Shown here piece after piece: positions 28,563-36,129 of a DNA stretch of 64,000 nt. The translations under genes and the position numbers were made by a program. Origin of the DNA: Thermotogota bacterium (GTDB lineage Bacteria > Thermotogota > Thermotogae > UBA12178); assembly GCA_021161835.1 (NCBI GenBank), contig JAGGZV010000066.1, positions 12,108-76,107 of the forward strand, in the 5' to 3' direction. The number at the start of each line of letters is the position of its first letter. The first letter of the stretch is position 1. The notes under the pieces were generated by a model, which had not been told where the DNA came from, searched no databases, and worked only from the letters and a program-made list of their open reading frames with translations.

Positions 28563-29822
28563 GTGAAAAAGCTACTCATTCTATTGCTGGTGGGCATTCT
28601 AGGGGTTTCCCTCTTTGGCAAAGTGGTGGTGGAGTTCTGGCATGCCATGGGTGGAGGGCATGGAGAAGCGCTCAAGGAAATCATAGCCTCATTCAACAGA
28701 GCACATCCGGATGTTGAAATCAAAGGTGTGTACGTGGGGAATTATGGAGTGCTGTCTCAGAAGCTTCTGGCAAGTGCTCAAAGTGGAACCTTACCGGTTC
28801 TGTCACAGGCATACTCGAACTGGACGGCGAAATTGATCGAAGGAGGTTATGTACAGGATCTGAATGTCTTCATAAATGATCCTGCTGTTGGGTTCACGAA
28901 GGAAGAATGGGAGGATATCTTCGAACCTTTCAGGAAGAACGTTACCTGGGGTGATAAAGTATACGCTCTTCCATTCAACAAGAGCACTTACGTGTTATTT
29001 GTGAACACCGATGCCCTCGATCTGGAGGGACTTGAGCCTCCGAAGGACATGACCGATCTTCTCGTTACCGCGTTGGCCCTTACTCAGGATCTGGATGGCG
29101 ATGGGGAAATAGATCAATACGGTTTTGGTATCAGACCTACCGTGGACACCTTCCAGATTTTCCTGCGACAGAATGGAGGTCGCATACTCACACTGAAGGA
29201 TGATGGAATGTACGAGATCACAGTTAACTCACCTGAAGCTGTGGAAGCTCTCCAGTTTATGGTTGACCTGGTTCACAAGTACAAAGTTGCTTACATGCAG
29301 GGAGGATATCTCAGCGGTCCATTCGGAGACGGGAAGGTAGCAATGTACATTGGAAGTACTGCCGGAAAACCTTATGTGGCCAGAGCCTGTAAAGGCAAAC
29401 ATGGATGGACGTGGGTGCAGCTTCCAAAATGGAAGACATTTGCTCCTCCATTCGCCGGTACAGATGTGATAATGTTCAACACTGCTACTGATGAGCAGAA
29501 GAAAGCTGCTTGGGAATTCATGAAATATCTGATGTCTCCTCAGATAACGGTTTACTGGGCAATAAAGACAGGTTACATGCCTGTGAGGAAATCTGCACTC
29601 GAAACCGATGCCTGGAAAGCTTTCGTATCGCAAGATGAGATGAATTCCGTCCCGGTGAGTCAAATTCCCTACGGCACGCTGGATCCACAGCTGGGAGTAT
29701 GGTACGAGATAAGGACGATCGTCGGACGAGCTGTTAGTGATGCCATGTATCTCAAAAAGAGTGTGAAGGAAGCACTGGATTGGGCCTATCAAGAGATAAG
29801 GAAAGTCCTAGAAGAAGGATGA
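28563..29822 (+). CDS. ABC-transporter extracellular solute-binding protein (family 1, sugar type), with no permease or ATPase genes adjacent
   Basis: The signal peptide is KKLLILLLVGILGVSLFG, followed by FWHAMGGGHGEAL and a typical SBP_bac_1 pattern. GTG 28563 lies 9 nt after GGGGAGG, and an alternative GTG is at 28554. Confidence 0.85.
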   Translation: MKKLLILLLVGILGVSLFGKVVVEFWHAMGGGHGEALKEIIASFNRAHPDVEIKGVYVGNYGVLSQKLLASAQSGTLPVLSQAYSNWTAKLIEGGYVQDLNVFINDPAVGFTKEEWEDIFEPFRKNVTWGDKVYALPFNKSTYVLFVNTDALDLEGLEPPKDMTDLLVTALALTQDLDGDGEIDQYGFGIRPTVDTFQIFLRQNGGRILTLKDDGMYEITVNSPEAVEALQFMVDLVHKYKVAYMQGGYLSGPFGDGKVAMYIGSTAGKPYVARACKGKHGWTWVQLPKWKTFAPPFAGTDVIMFNTATDEQKKAAWEFMKYLMSPQITVYWAIKTGYMPVRKSALETDAWKAFVSQDEMNSVPVSQIPYGTLDPQLGVWYEIRTIVGRAVSDAMYLKKSVKEALDWAYQEIRKVLEEG

Positions 29823-29887
29823 AAGATTTGCGAAAACATTGAGAAAATTATTGCGTCATCTTAATTGTTCGACATTCTCAGAAATGT

Positions 29888-29944
29888 AAGCCCTGCATCC
29901 TCAAAAAATCACGCAATATTAAGGATGCAGGGCTTTTATCTTTT
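29888..29944 (+). terminator. Hairpin terminator after the solute-binding protein gene
   Basis: A 14-bp perfect stem AAGCCCTGCATCCT / AGGATGCAGGGCTT spans 29888-29901 and 29922-29935. The 20-nt loop is unusually large, and TTATCTTTT follows. Confidence 0.55.
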
Positions 29945-30044
29945 ATATATGACGATTGTTTTGCACTATTGTGTATATAGTCGCACTTAGAGTTTTTCGC
30001 ACTATAACCGCAACAGACCCGTAATTTTTTTAATACTTATCAAG

Positions 30045-30050
30045 TATAAT
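30045..30050 (+). promoter_or_regulatory. Consensus -10 hexamer TATAAT upstream of the Cys-rich protein gene
   Basis: TATAAT at 30045-30050 lies 36 nt before ATG 30086 and is preceded by an A/T-rich tract. No good -35 is present. Confidence 0.3.
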
Positions 30051-30085
30051 CATTTAAAAATCCTATGTTCAAGGAGGGATATGGT

Positions 30086-30484
30086 ATGTTTAGAAGATTT
30101 TTAACAGTAGTGTTGTGTTTGGTCGTGATTTCTTCCATGGTTTCCGCTTTCACGGTTGCTTCCTTTATGGTGAACCTGAGTGAACCAGGAGATGCACTGA
30201 CATTTGGTAAAACGCCACCACGTCTTTTGAGGGAATGTGATGAATCCCTGACTGAACCGATCACCAGGTGTGTATGTGTCAAGAAAGAATGTAAAGGTGG
30301 TTACATGGATTATGTATGTCTCGATATTTGTAAACTGGGGTGTGAAATTGCCAAAAAGAAATATGGTAGTGTAGCGTATTGGGTATGCGTAGCAGGTTGT
30401 TATGCAGGCTGCTGGGTTCCGAAAAGGTGTACGTGCGTCGATTATGATTGTGTGACAATTTATCCGTGTAATTGGGGAAATTGA
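30086..30484 (+). CDS. Exported cysteine-rich protein (132 aa, 14 Cys in the last ~75 aa), family not recognised
   Basis: ATG 30086 lies 7 nt after AAGGAGGG. The signal-like N-terminus is MFRRFLTVVLCLVVISSMVSA. The C-terminal part contains YVCLDICKLGC and WVCVAGCYAGC, a duplicated VC-x3-C-x3-C motif. Confidence 0.6.
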   Translation: MFRRFLTVVLCLVVISSMVSAFTVASFMVNLSEPGDALTFGKTPPRLLRECDESLTEPITRCVCVKKECKGGYMDYVCLDICKLGCEIAKKKYGSVAYWVCVAGCYAGCWVPKRCTCVDYDCVTIYPCNWGN

Positions 30485-30549
30485 ATAATAATGAAATAAA
30501 TAATGCTAAAAACATATATTTCAATGACAAAACGGAGAGGGGGGTAAAC

Positions 30550-31491
30550 ATGAAGAAATTGCTTTTATTCACCATATTGGTAATTTCAATAATCTGTATT
30601 GCGGAAAATATGACCTTTATAGTTGGGAAGGACGAGGGAAGCATTGAGAGTATACAGGAGGCCATAGATCGTGCGAGCGATGGTGACACGATATACATAA
30701 AACCAGGTGTTTACCAGGAAAATATAGTGATAAAAAACAAAGCGGTGAAGATAATAGGGGAATCTCCAGATGTAAGGCTAGAGGTAGAAGGGTCCGAAGC
30801 AAGTCCTGTTGTATACATAGAAGATTCGGAAATTGAGCTCGCCAATTTAACGATCTTTGCCTCAGGTACAATAGCGGTCATGGCGATGAATTCAACGGTT
30901 GTTTTCAGGGATATGAATCTAATTTTGGGAGATGCCGTAGGTGTTTTCTTAATAGCAACTGGTACCATAGCCACGGAAAACCAAAATGTGGCTTGTTTCA
31001 AGAATGTTAACATGACAGGAGTGAAAACAGAAAAAAGAGTTGGAGGAAGCCGACGGATTGAAGTTCACGATAATCGTGGAATAATCTCCTTGATGGATTA
31101 CCAGCTTTATGTTTTCAATTCTCGATTTTCCTATTTACAAGTGGGTATTACCACATCGAGCAGAAAAACTCTTATAAGTGATTCGGAATTTCTTTACGAT
31201 GTTAATGCCTTGGTGCTAGTATCTGGGAACAACCTTGTGTTATCCAACAAGTTTCATAAAGCAATTGAAAGAGCTATTGTGTTGATGGGAAATTGCAGGG
31301 TAGAGTTAACCAACAATTCGTTTGCGGACAATACGGTGGATCTTTTCCTTTTAAACGAATCGTGTGATTGTTGTCCTTCTGCTAAGAAATTCACCGGGAG
31401 TATTGAGGGAAAGTTTAACATTTTCAAGCACACATTCATCGTTCAGCCAGAAGATACTGTTTTGCCTTCTCACTTCATACGTGGTGAGTAA
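30550..31491 (+). CDS. Exported right-handed parallel beta-helix repeat protein (pectin-lyase fold / NosD-like)
   Basis: ATG 30550 follows GGAGAGGGGGG. The N-terminal hydrophobic segment is KKLLLFTILVISIICIA. Next comes SIQEAIDRASDGDTIYIKPGVYQENIVI, typical of beta-helix proteins, then repetitive short beta-turn units. A C-terminal CDCC cluster is present. Confidence 0.65.
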   Translation: MKKLLLFTILVISIICIAENMTFIVGKDEGSIESIQEAIDRASDGDTIYIKPGVYQENIVIKNKAVKIIGESPDVRLEVEGSEASPVVYIEDSEIELANLTIFASGTIAVMAMNSTVVFRDMNLILGDAVGVFLIATGTIATENQNVACFKNVNMTGVKTEKRVGGSRRIEVHDNRGIISLMDYQLYVFNSRFSYLQVGITTSSRKTLISDSEFLYDVNALVLVSGNNLVLSNKFHKAIERAIVLMGNCRVELTNNSFADNTVDLFLLNESCDCCPSAKKFTGSIEGKFNIFKHTFIVQPEDTVLPSHFIRGE

Positions 31492-31644
31492 CCATTAAAA
31501 CTAATCCTTGCCATTTGACATCGGATCTGGCTGAGACCGAGCGTTTCAAAATTGGTGAAAGCAGTAAATTCAAACACAGGGAAAGCCAATAAATATGGAA
31601 TATCGATTTGAAATAGTGTTCCAAACTGCAAAGAGGGTGAAAAG

Positions 31645-32067
31645 GTGAAAAAGTGGTGTTTAGTGAGTATATTGGTGCTTTCACTGGTAGTGTTACCTGG
31701 TGGTGCTGCTAAGTACAAAACGTTGGCAGATATCCTTCAGGAGGCTTTAAATGTTGTAACAGAAATAACTCCTGTGGAAGCTGCTGCAAAAGTAGGGGAA
31801 AAAGATGTTGTGTTTTTAGATGTGAGGGAACCTACCGAAATAGAGAATGGCAGGATACCCGGTGCAGTGGTGTTGCCGCGAGGATTACTTGAGTTTAAGA
31901 TCGAAAAAATGTATCCCGATAGGGATGCGCAGTTGTTTGTGGTCTATTGCAAAGCAGGTGGTAGAGGCTTACTTGCAACTAAAACACTCATTGAAATGGG
32001 ATACAAAGCTGTAAACATAAAAGGTGGTATAACAGCGTGGAAAAAGGAAGGTTTACCTCTCGAATAA
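31645..32067 (+). CDS. Exported single-domain rhodanese (sulfurtransferase)
   Basis: GTG 31645 follows AGAGGGTGA. The signal-like N-terminus is KKWCLVSILVLSLVVLPGGAA. It has FLDVREPTEIENGRIPGA and the active-site loop YCKAGGRG. Confidence 0.85.
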   Translation: MKKWCLVSILVLSLVVLPGGAAKYKTLADILQEALNVVTEITPVEAAAKVGEKDVVFLDVREPTEIENGRIPGAVVLPRGLLEFKIEKMYPDRDAQLFVVYCKAGGRGLLATKTLIEMGYKAVNIKGGITAWKKEGLPLE

Positions 32068-32070
32068 TGC

Positions 32071-32103
32071 AAAACGGCCCTTCTCAGAAAGAGGGGCCGT
32101 TTT
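32071..32103. terminator. Bidirectional rho-independent terminator between the rhodanese gene (+) and the sigma-54 regulator gene (-)
   Basis: AAAACGGCCC at 32071-32080 pairs with GGGCCGTTTT at 32094-32103, and 3-4 more inner pairs are possible. The A-run and T-run flanks allow function in both directions. Confidence 0.7.
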
Positions 32104-32109
32104 ACTTGT

Positions 32110-33441
32110 CTAAGGATCTTCGTTTTCCTTTCTCCATTTTTTCAATTTTTCATGCAACGTGGTACGTGATATACCCAAAATTCTGGACGCTTCTTTTTTA
32201 TTACCTTTACATTTTTTCAGAACCATGTTGATGTATCGTTTTTCCATTTCCTCAAGTGTGGGAAGTTCTCTGTCGGTTTCATCGAGATGTTCTTCATTGA
32301 GATGGTTCATAACATGGGCTGAAGTTATCATACTGCCTTCTAATTTGACAACGAGAGAATACAGAAAATTTTTCAGTTCACGTACGTTTCCACGCCACGG
32401 GAGATTTTTCAGAAGTTCCACGGCATCGTCGGATATTTCCACCCCATGCAAGCCGAACTCTTCTTTCGCACGTTCCACGAAGTAGTAGGCCAGATCTTCG
32501 ATATCTTCAGGACGAGCCCTCAGGGAAGGAATTCTTATTTCCATAACTTTCAATCTGTAAAAAAGATCTTCGCGAAATCTACCTTCTTCCACCATCTCTT
32601 CCAGGTTTCTGTTGGTGGCGCATATGATGCGTACATCGACTTTTATCGTTTGAGTACTACCTATCTTTTCAAGTTCTGAAGTTTCAAGGAACCTGAGCAG
32701 TTTTGCCTGTACGCCTGGTGGAAGTTCTGCGATCTCATCGAGGAATACTGTACCACCGTCCGCTATCTCAAGTTTTCCCGGTTTTGGAGTATCTGCTCCT
32801 GTGAATGCCCCCTTTTCGTATCCGAAGAGTTCGCTTTCGAAGAGAGTATCGGGTATGGCACCACAGTTGACGACCACAAAAGGTTTGCGGCCGCTGACTT
32901 CGTGTATGGCTCGTGCCACCAGTTCTTTACCCGTACCGCTTTCGCCCGTTATCAAAACATTTATTTTTTTGGGTCCAACCTTCATTATGGTTTCCTTCAA
33001 CTTCTGCATGTGAACCGATCTGCCAATAAGTTGGTTGAGAACACTCCGAGATTTCATGAAATCTGCAATTTTTTTATTGAGTTCACGTTTTTCCAGGACC
33101 CTTTCTACTTCCGTTATCAATTGATCTTTCTCGACGGGTTTGGTGAAGAAGTTGTACGCACCCTGTTTTATAGCCTTCACCGCGTCTTGAACATCACCGT
33201 GTGCCGTGAGTATCAAAACATCTGCTCCCCGGCTCCTGAATTCAGGTACCAGACTAAGACCATTACAATCTGGAAGTTTCAAATCCAGTATAACCAGATC
33301 GAAGAACGATTCGATTTTTTCAAGAGCAGTTCTACAATCGGCAACTACTTCTACCTCGAGATTTCTGGATGTCAGGAGTTCTTTGAGCAATTTGGCGAAG
33401 GTTGCATTATCTTCCACCACCAGTATTCTTCCTGTCACCAC
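32110..33441 (-). CDS. Sigma-54-dependent response regulator (NtrC family: REC + AAA+ + Fis-type HTH)
   Basis: The REC domain shows ILVVEDN...DLKLPD. The AAA+ domain shows Walker A GESGTGKE, the sigma-54 contact loop EKGAFTGA, and FLDEI and FREDLFYRL. The C-terminal HTH is ASRILGISRTTLHEKLKK. A GTG start follows GGAGGTG. Confidence 0.92.
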   Translation of the reverse strand: MVTGRILVVEDNATFAKLLKELLTSRNLEVEVVADCRTALEKIESFFDLVILDLKLPDCNGLSLVPEFRSRGADVLILTAHGDVQDAVKAIKQGAYNFFTKPVEKDQLITEVERVLEKRELNKKIADFMKSRSVLNQLIGRSVHMQKLKETIMKVGPKKINVLITGESGTGKELVARAIHEVSGRKPFVVVNCGAIPDTLFESELFGYEKGAFTGADTPKPGKLEIADGGTVFLDEIAELPPGVQAKLLRFLETSELEKIGSTQTIKVDVRIICATNRNLEEMVEEGRFREDLFYRLKVMEIRIPSLRARPEDIEDLAYYFVERAKEEFGLHGVEISDDAVELLKNLPWRGNVRELKNFLYSLVVKLEGSMITSAHVMNHLNEEHLDETDRELPTLEEMEKRYINMVLKKCKGNKKEASRILGISRTTLHEKLKKWRKENEDP

Positions 33442-34705
33442 CGCACCTCCTGATCTCCAGAGAGATTATCGTACCTTTGTTGGGTTTAGAACGTAACCTG
33501 AGCCTGGCCCCACAGGTATTCATGAATCTTTCTATCAGAACCGTGCCAAGTCCCGTACCATCGGGTTTGGTACTGAAAAAAGGTTCGCGCCAGCGCTTTT
33601 GAACTTCCTCGTCCATTCCTCTACCGTCATCGCATATCAGCAATCTGACGTGTTTTTTTCCTTTCCTGACCACTACTCTTACCTTTCCTCCGCTGGTACA
33701 TGCATCCACAGCATTCTTCACCATATCTTTTATGGCTTCCGTGAAGAGCGAGGGTGAAATGTATCCCCTGATGTCGTTATCTTCTATGTCCAGGTGTAAC
33801 TTCACTCCTCTGTTTTCAGCATAATGACCGATTTCCTCCATAACTTTTTCAAGATATTGAAGAATTTTGGAACATCTCGGTGTACCTTCTATCTTGTATA
33901 TGGTGAACATACTGTTGAGAGTCCGTTCGATCTTACGAAGTTCCGATAGTATGGTCTTCAGATGAGGCTCATCCGGGTACTCCTCCTCCAACAATTGCGC
34001 GGACAGCTTCGCATTCGCTATAGGGGTTTTCAAACTGTGTGCAAGTCCTGAAAGCATGCTCGATAGAGCTGTCAAACGTTGCGTAATCTCCAGCTTCCTC
34101 CTCAATTCTGTCAACTCTGTTATGTCCGTTAATGTGTGAAAAACGTAAGTACCCATTTTTCTGGTGGTTATAAGCAACCAGTGCCCCGAACCGGAGAAAA
34201 CTATTCTTTTTCCTTCATTGGTACGTGGGAAGGACAGATCCAGCACATTTTCCAATCTGAAAAAGTGTTTACCTATCCACTCTTTGGGATCCACCTGCAG
34301 AAGGTCCTTGCAACGCGAGCTCACATAGTTCACCCGACCATCATCGCCAACGGTTATTATGCACGCATCGATTTCATCCAGAAACCTCTGAAACCTTCTC
34401 GCCAGTTCCCTGAATGCCAGAGACTCCCGGGAAAAGCGCATGATTATCGAATTCACAGCGTTTATCAAACTGAATATCTGCGAATCTCCGGACATATTGA
34501 GTGGCGTGAAACCATGTGGTCGGTTCAATCTGTGAATGGTGTCGTTTATGGGTTTCACAAACCTGTACCGAACGAAAAGTGCGGTAAAGATTCCGCCTAC
34601 CAGGGCTCCCAGCAACACGCCAAGGAAACCGCCGTGGATAAGGTAAAGAATGATGGGCATCGAAGAGGCAACGATGAACGTCAGTAGCAGAGTATTACGC
34701 CTCAT
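33407..34705 (-). CDS. Sensor histidine kinase (two N-terminal TM helices with almost no external loop, PAS-like region, HisKA, HATPase)
   Basis: The H-box is LSGLAHSLKTPIAN and the N-box is VKNAVDA. The G-boxes are DDGRGM and GTGLGT. The 3' end overlaps the regulator start by about 35 nt. Confidence 0.88.
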   Translation of the reverse strand: MRRNTLLLTFIVASSMPIILYLIHGGFLGVLLGALVGGIFTALFVRYRFVKPINDTIHRLNRPHGFTPLNMSGDSQIFSLINAVNSIIMRFSRESLAFRELARRFQRFLDEIDACIITVGDDGRVNYVSSRCKDLLQVDPKEWIGKHFFRLENVLDLSFPRTNEGKRIVFSGSGHWLLITTRKMGTYVFHTLTDITELTELRRKLEITQRLTALSSMLSGLAHSLKTPIANAKLSAQLLEEEYPDEPHLKTILSELRKIERTLNSMFTIYKIEGTPRCSKILQYLEKVMEEIGHYAENRGVKLHLDIEDNDIRGYISPSLFTEAIKDMVKNAVDACTSGGKVRVVVRKGKKHVRLLICDDGRGMDEEVQKRWREPFFSTKPDGTGLGTVLIERFMNTCGARLRLRSKPNKGTIISLEIRRCGGDRKNTGGGR

Positions 34706-35493
34706 CGTGATCTTATCCTCACTTCTTCCCCACCTGTAGCTTTGAAAACGGAAGCCGCATTCCCTTGATTTATGGATATTTCCAGGTATCCTGAGCTATC
34801 TTCATGTACCAGTAGTTGCCCTTTTTTGACGTCACCGAATGTTCTGCAGTAAACGGCCTTTTCGATGTGTTTACCAATCTTCACCACCAGTTGAGAATCC
34901 AGTTCCACATTCATCTTTTTTAGAAGATCAGCTTCTATGTTCGTCTCTATGTTGCCAAAAGTATCGATGAACGCTACTTCTCCTATTATTTCGTTGCTCA
35001 TCGAGGTTGCGCGCATGTACTTCAATTCTTCGTATCCCATTATCAGTGGTCCAACATCTTCAACCGGGTATCCCATATCCAGATAAGCAGCCGTAGGTGC
35101 AAAGATATCTCTCCCATGAAAGCTATGTGAAACTTCACGGCGCATGAAGGAAGGATTTGTAATTTCTCTGATCTCGCGAACTCCATATTTTTCAGCCACG
35201 AGTGTGAATATACCGTTATCAGGTCCCACGAATATAAAATCGTTCGTCGTTTTCATGACGATCGATTTTCTCGACGTTCCCACGCCGTAATCCACCACGC
35301 AGAGAAAAACGGTATTTTTCGGGAAATCCCGGGAAGCTCTGTACAGAATGTGCATGGCTTCCCTTACGTTGAAAGGGGTAATTTCATGTGTCAAATCCAC
35401 CACCACGGCCGATGGATTTATGGAATATATTATGGCCTTTGCAACACCCACATAGTAACTTCTGGTTCCCCAATCGCTCAGAAAGCCGATCAT
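34702..35493 (-). CDS. SAM hydrolase / SAM hydroxide adenosyltransferase family protein (DUF62)
   Basis: The N-terminus MIGFLSDWGTRSYYVGVAKAII and the segments VVDYGVGT, FVGPDNG and IDTFGN match the DUF62/fluorinase-like fold. It has ATGA overlaps on both sides. Confidence 0.85.
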   Translation of the reverse strand: MIGFLSDWGTRSYYVGVAKAIIYSINPSAVVVDLTHEITPFNVREAMHILYRASRDFPKNTVFLCVVDYGVGTSRKSIVMKTTNDFIFVGPDNGIFTLVAEKYGVREIREITNPSFMRREVSHSFHGRDIFAPTAAYLDMGYPVEDVGPLIMGYEELKYMRATSMSNEIIGEVAFIDTFGNIETNIEADLLKKMNVELDSQLVVKIGKHIEKAVYCRTFGDVKKGQLLVHEDSSGYLEISINQGNAASVFKATGGEEVRIRSR

Positions 35494-36119
35494 ATCTCGC
35501 TCTCCTCGATGGCCTCTTCAATGTTTTTGCCGTTCTTGAGAGCGTCGTACACTTTCCGTAACTTCCTTATGTCTTCCCATGTCTGATATTTTGGTGATCC
35601 CGGAGCTTTGGAAGGGACGCGCAGGAGATAGCTTGGATGATACATCGCGAAGAGTTTTATCCCCGCCTTCCAGTCAAAGAATTTCCCCCGTGCTTCTTTC
35701 ATGGAGATGTTGCCACCATTGAAGAATGAAAATGCCGTACCTCCCAGACAAACTATGACCTTCGGGTCTATTATAGCCACCTGGGCAAGCAGAAAATGCG
35801 AACATGCTCTTTGTTCTTCGGGTTTTGGTGCACGATTACCCGGTGGCCTGCATTTCACGACATTGGCTATGTAGACATCCTCCCTTTTAAACCCTGCTGA
35901 TTCAAGGATTTTATCCAGCAATCTTCCTGCCTTGCCAACGAACGGTCTGCCCGTCAGGTCCTCTTCTTCCCCCGGCCCTTCTCCCACGAAGATTATGGGT
36001 GAATCCAGAGAACCTTCTCCCGGAACAACATTGGTTCTACCTGTATGAAGAGGGCAGGCTTTACATTTTGCTATCCTCTCTTCTACTTCTCGCATCAACA
36101 CGTTTTTATCCATCGGCAT
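35490..36119 (-). CDS. udg: Uracil-DNA glycosylase, family 4 (Fe-S type)
   Basis: Motifs seen are CKACPL, VPGEGSLDSPIIFVGEGPGEEED, VVKCRPPGNR and HPSYLLR. Confidence 0.9.
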   Translation of the reverse strand: MPMDKNVLMREVEERIAKCKACPLHTGRTNVVPGEGSLDSPIIFVGEGPGEEEDLTGRPFVGKAGRLLDKILESAGFKREDVYIANVVKCRPPGNRAPKPEEQRACSHFLLAQVAIIDPKVIVCLGGTAFSFFNGGNISMKEARGKFFDWKAGIKLFAMYHPSYLLRVPSKAPGSPKYQTWEDIRKLRKVYDALKNGKNIEEAIEESEI

Positions 36120-36129
36120 TCATTCCTCC

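Noticed and set aside
29888-29935. 14-bp stem with 20-nt loop considered as a riboswitch, attenuator or mobile-element end
   Set aside because: It lies directly after a stop codon and is followed by a T-rich run. There is only a single copy and no second arm elsewhere in the window. A terminator is the simplest reading.
29950-29965. Sigma-54-like promoter TGACGA-N5-TTGCA upstream of the Cys-rich islet, tempting because an NtrC-type activator is adjacent
   Set aside because: The -12 TTGCA is in register, but the near-invariant GG of the -24 element is GA and only 3 of 6 positions in the -24 box match. I cannot call it without a PWM score. I mention it in the findings only as the closest hit.
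30472-30549. Track start of the beta-helix ORF overlapping the Cys-rich gene
   Set aside because: The first 26 codons are Asn/Lys-rich AT-rich spacer. ATG 30550 has a strong GGAGAGGGGGG RBS and begins a proper signal peptide.
31515-31600. Promoter for the rhodanese gene (TTGACA at 31515, TTCAAA repeats, TAAATA)
   Set aside because: The perfect -35 has no -10 at 16-18 nt, and the other hexamer pairs have poor spacing. This is not enough to annotate. The gene may be read through from the beta-helix gene.
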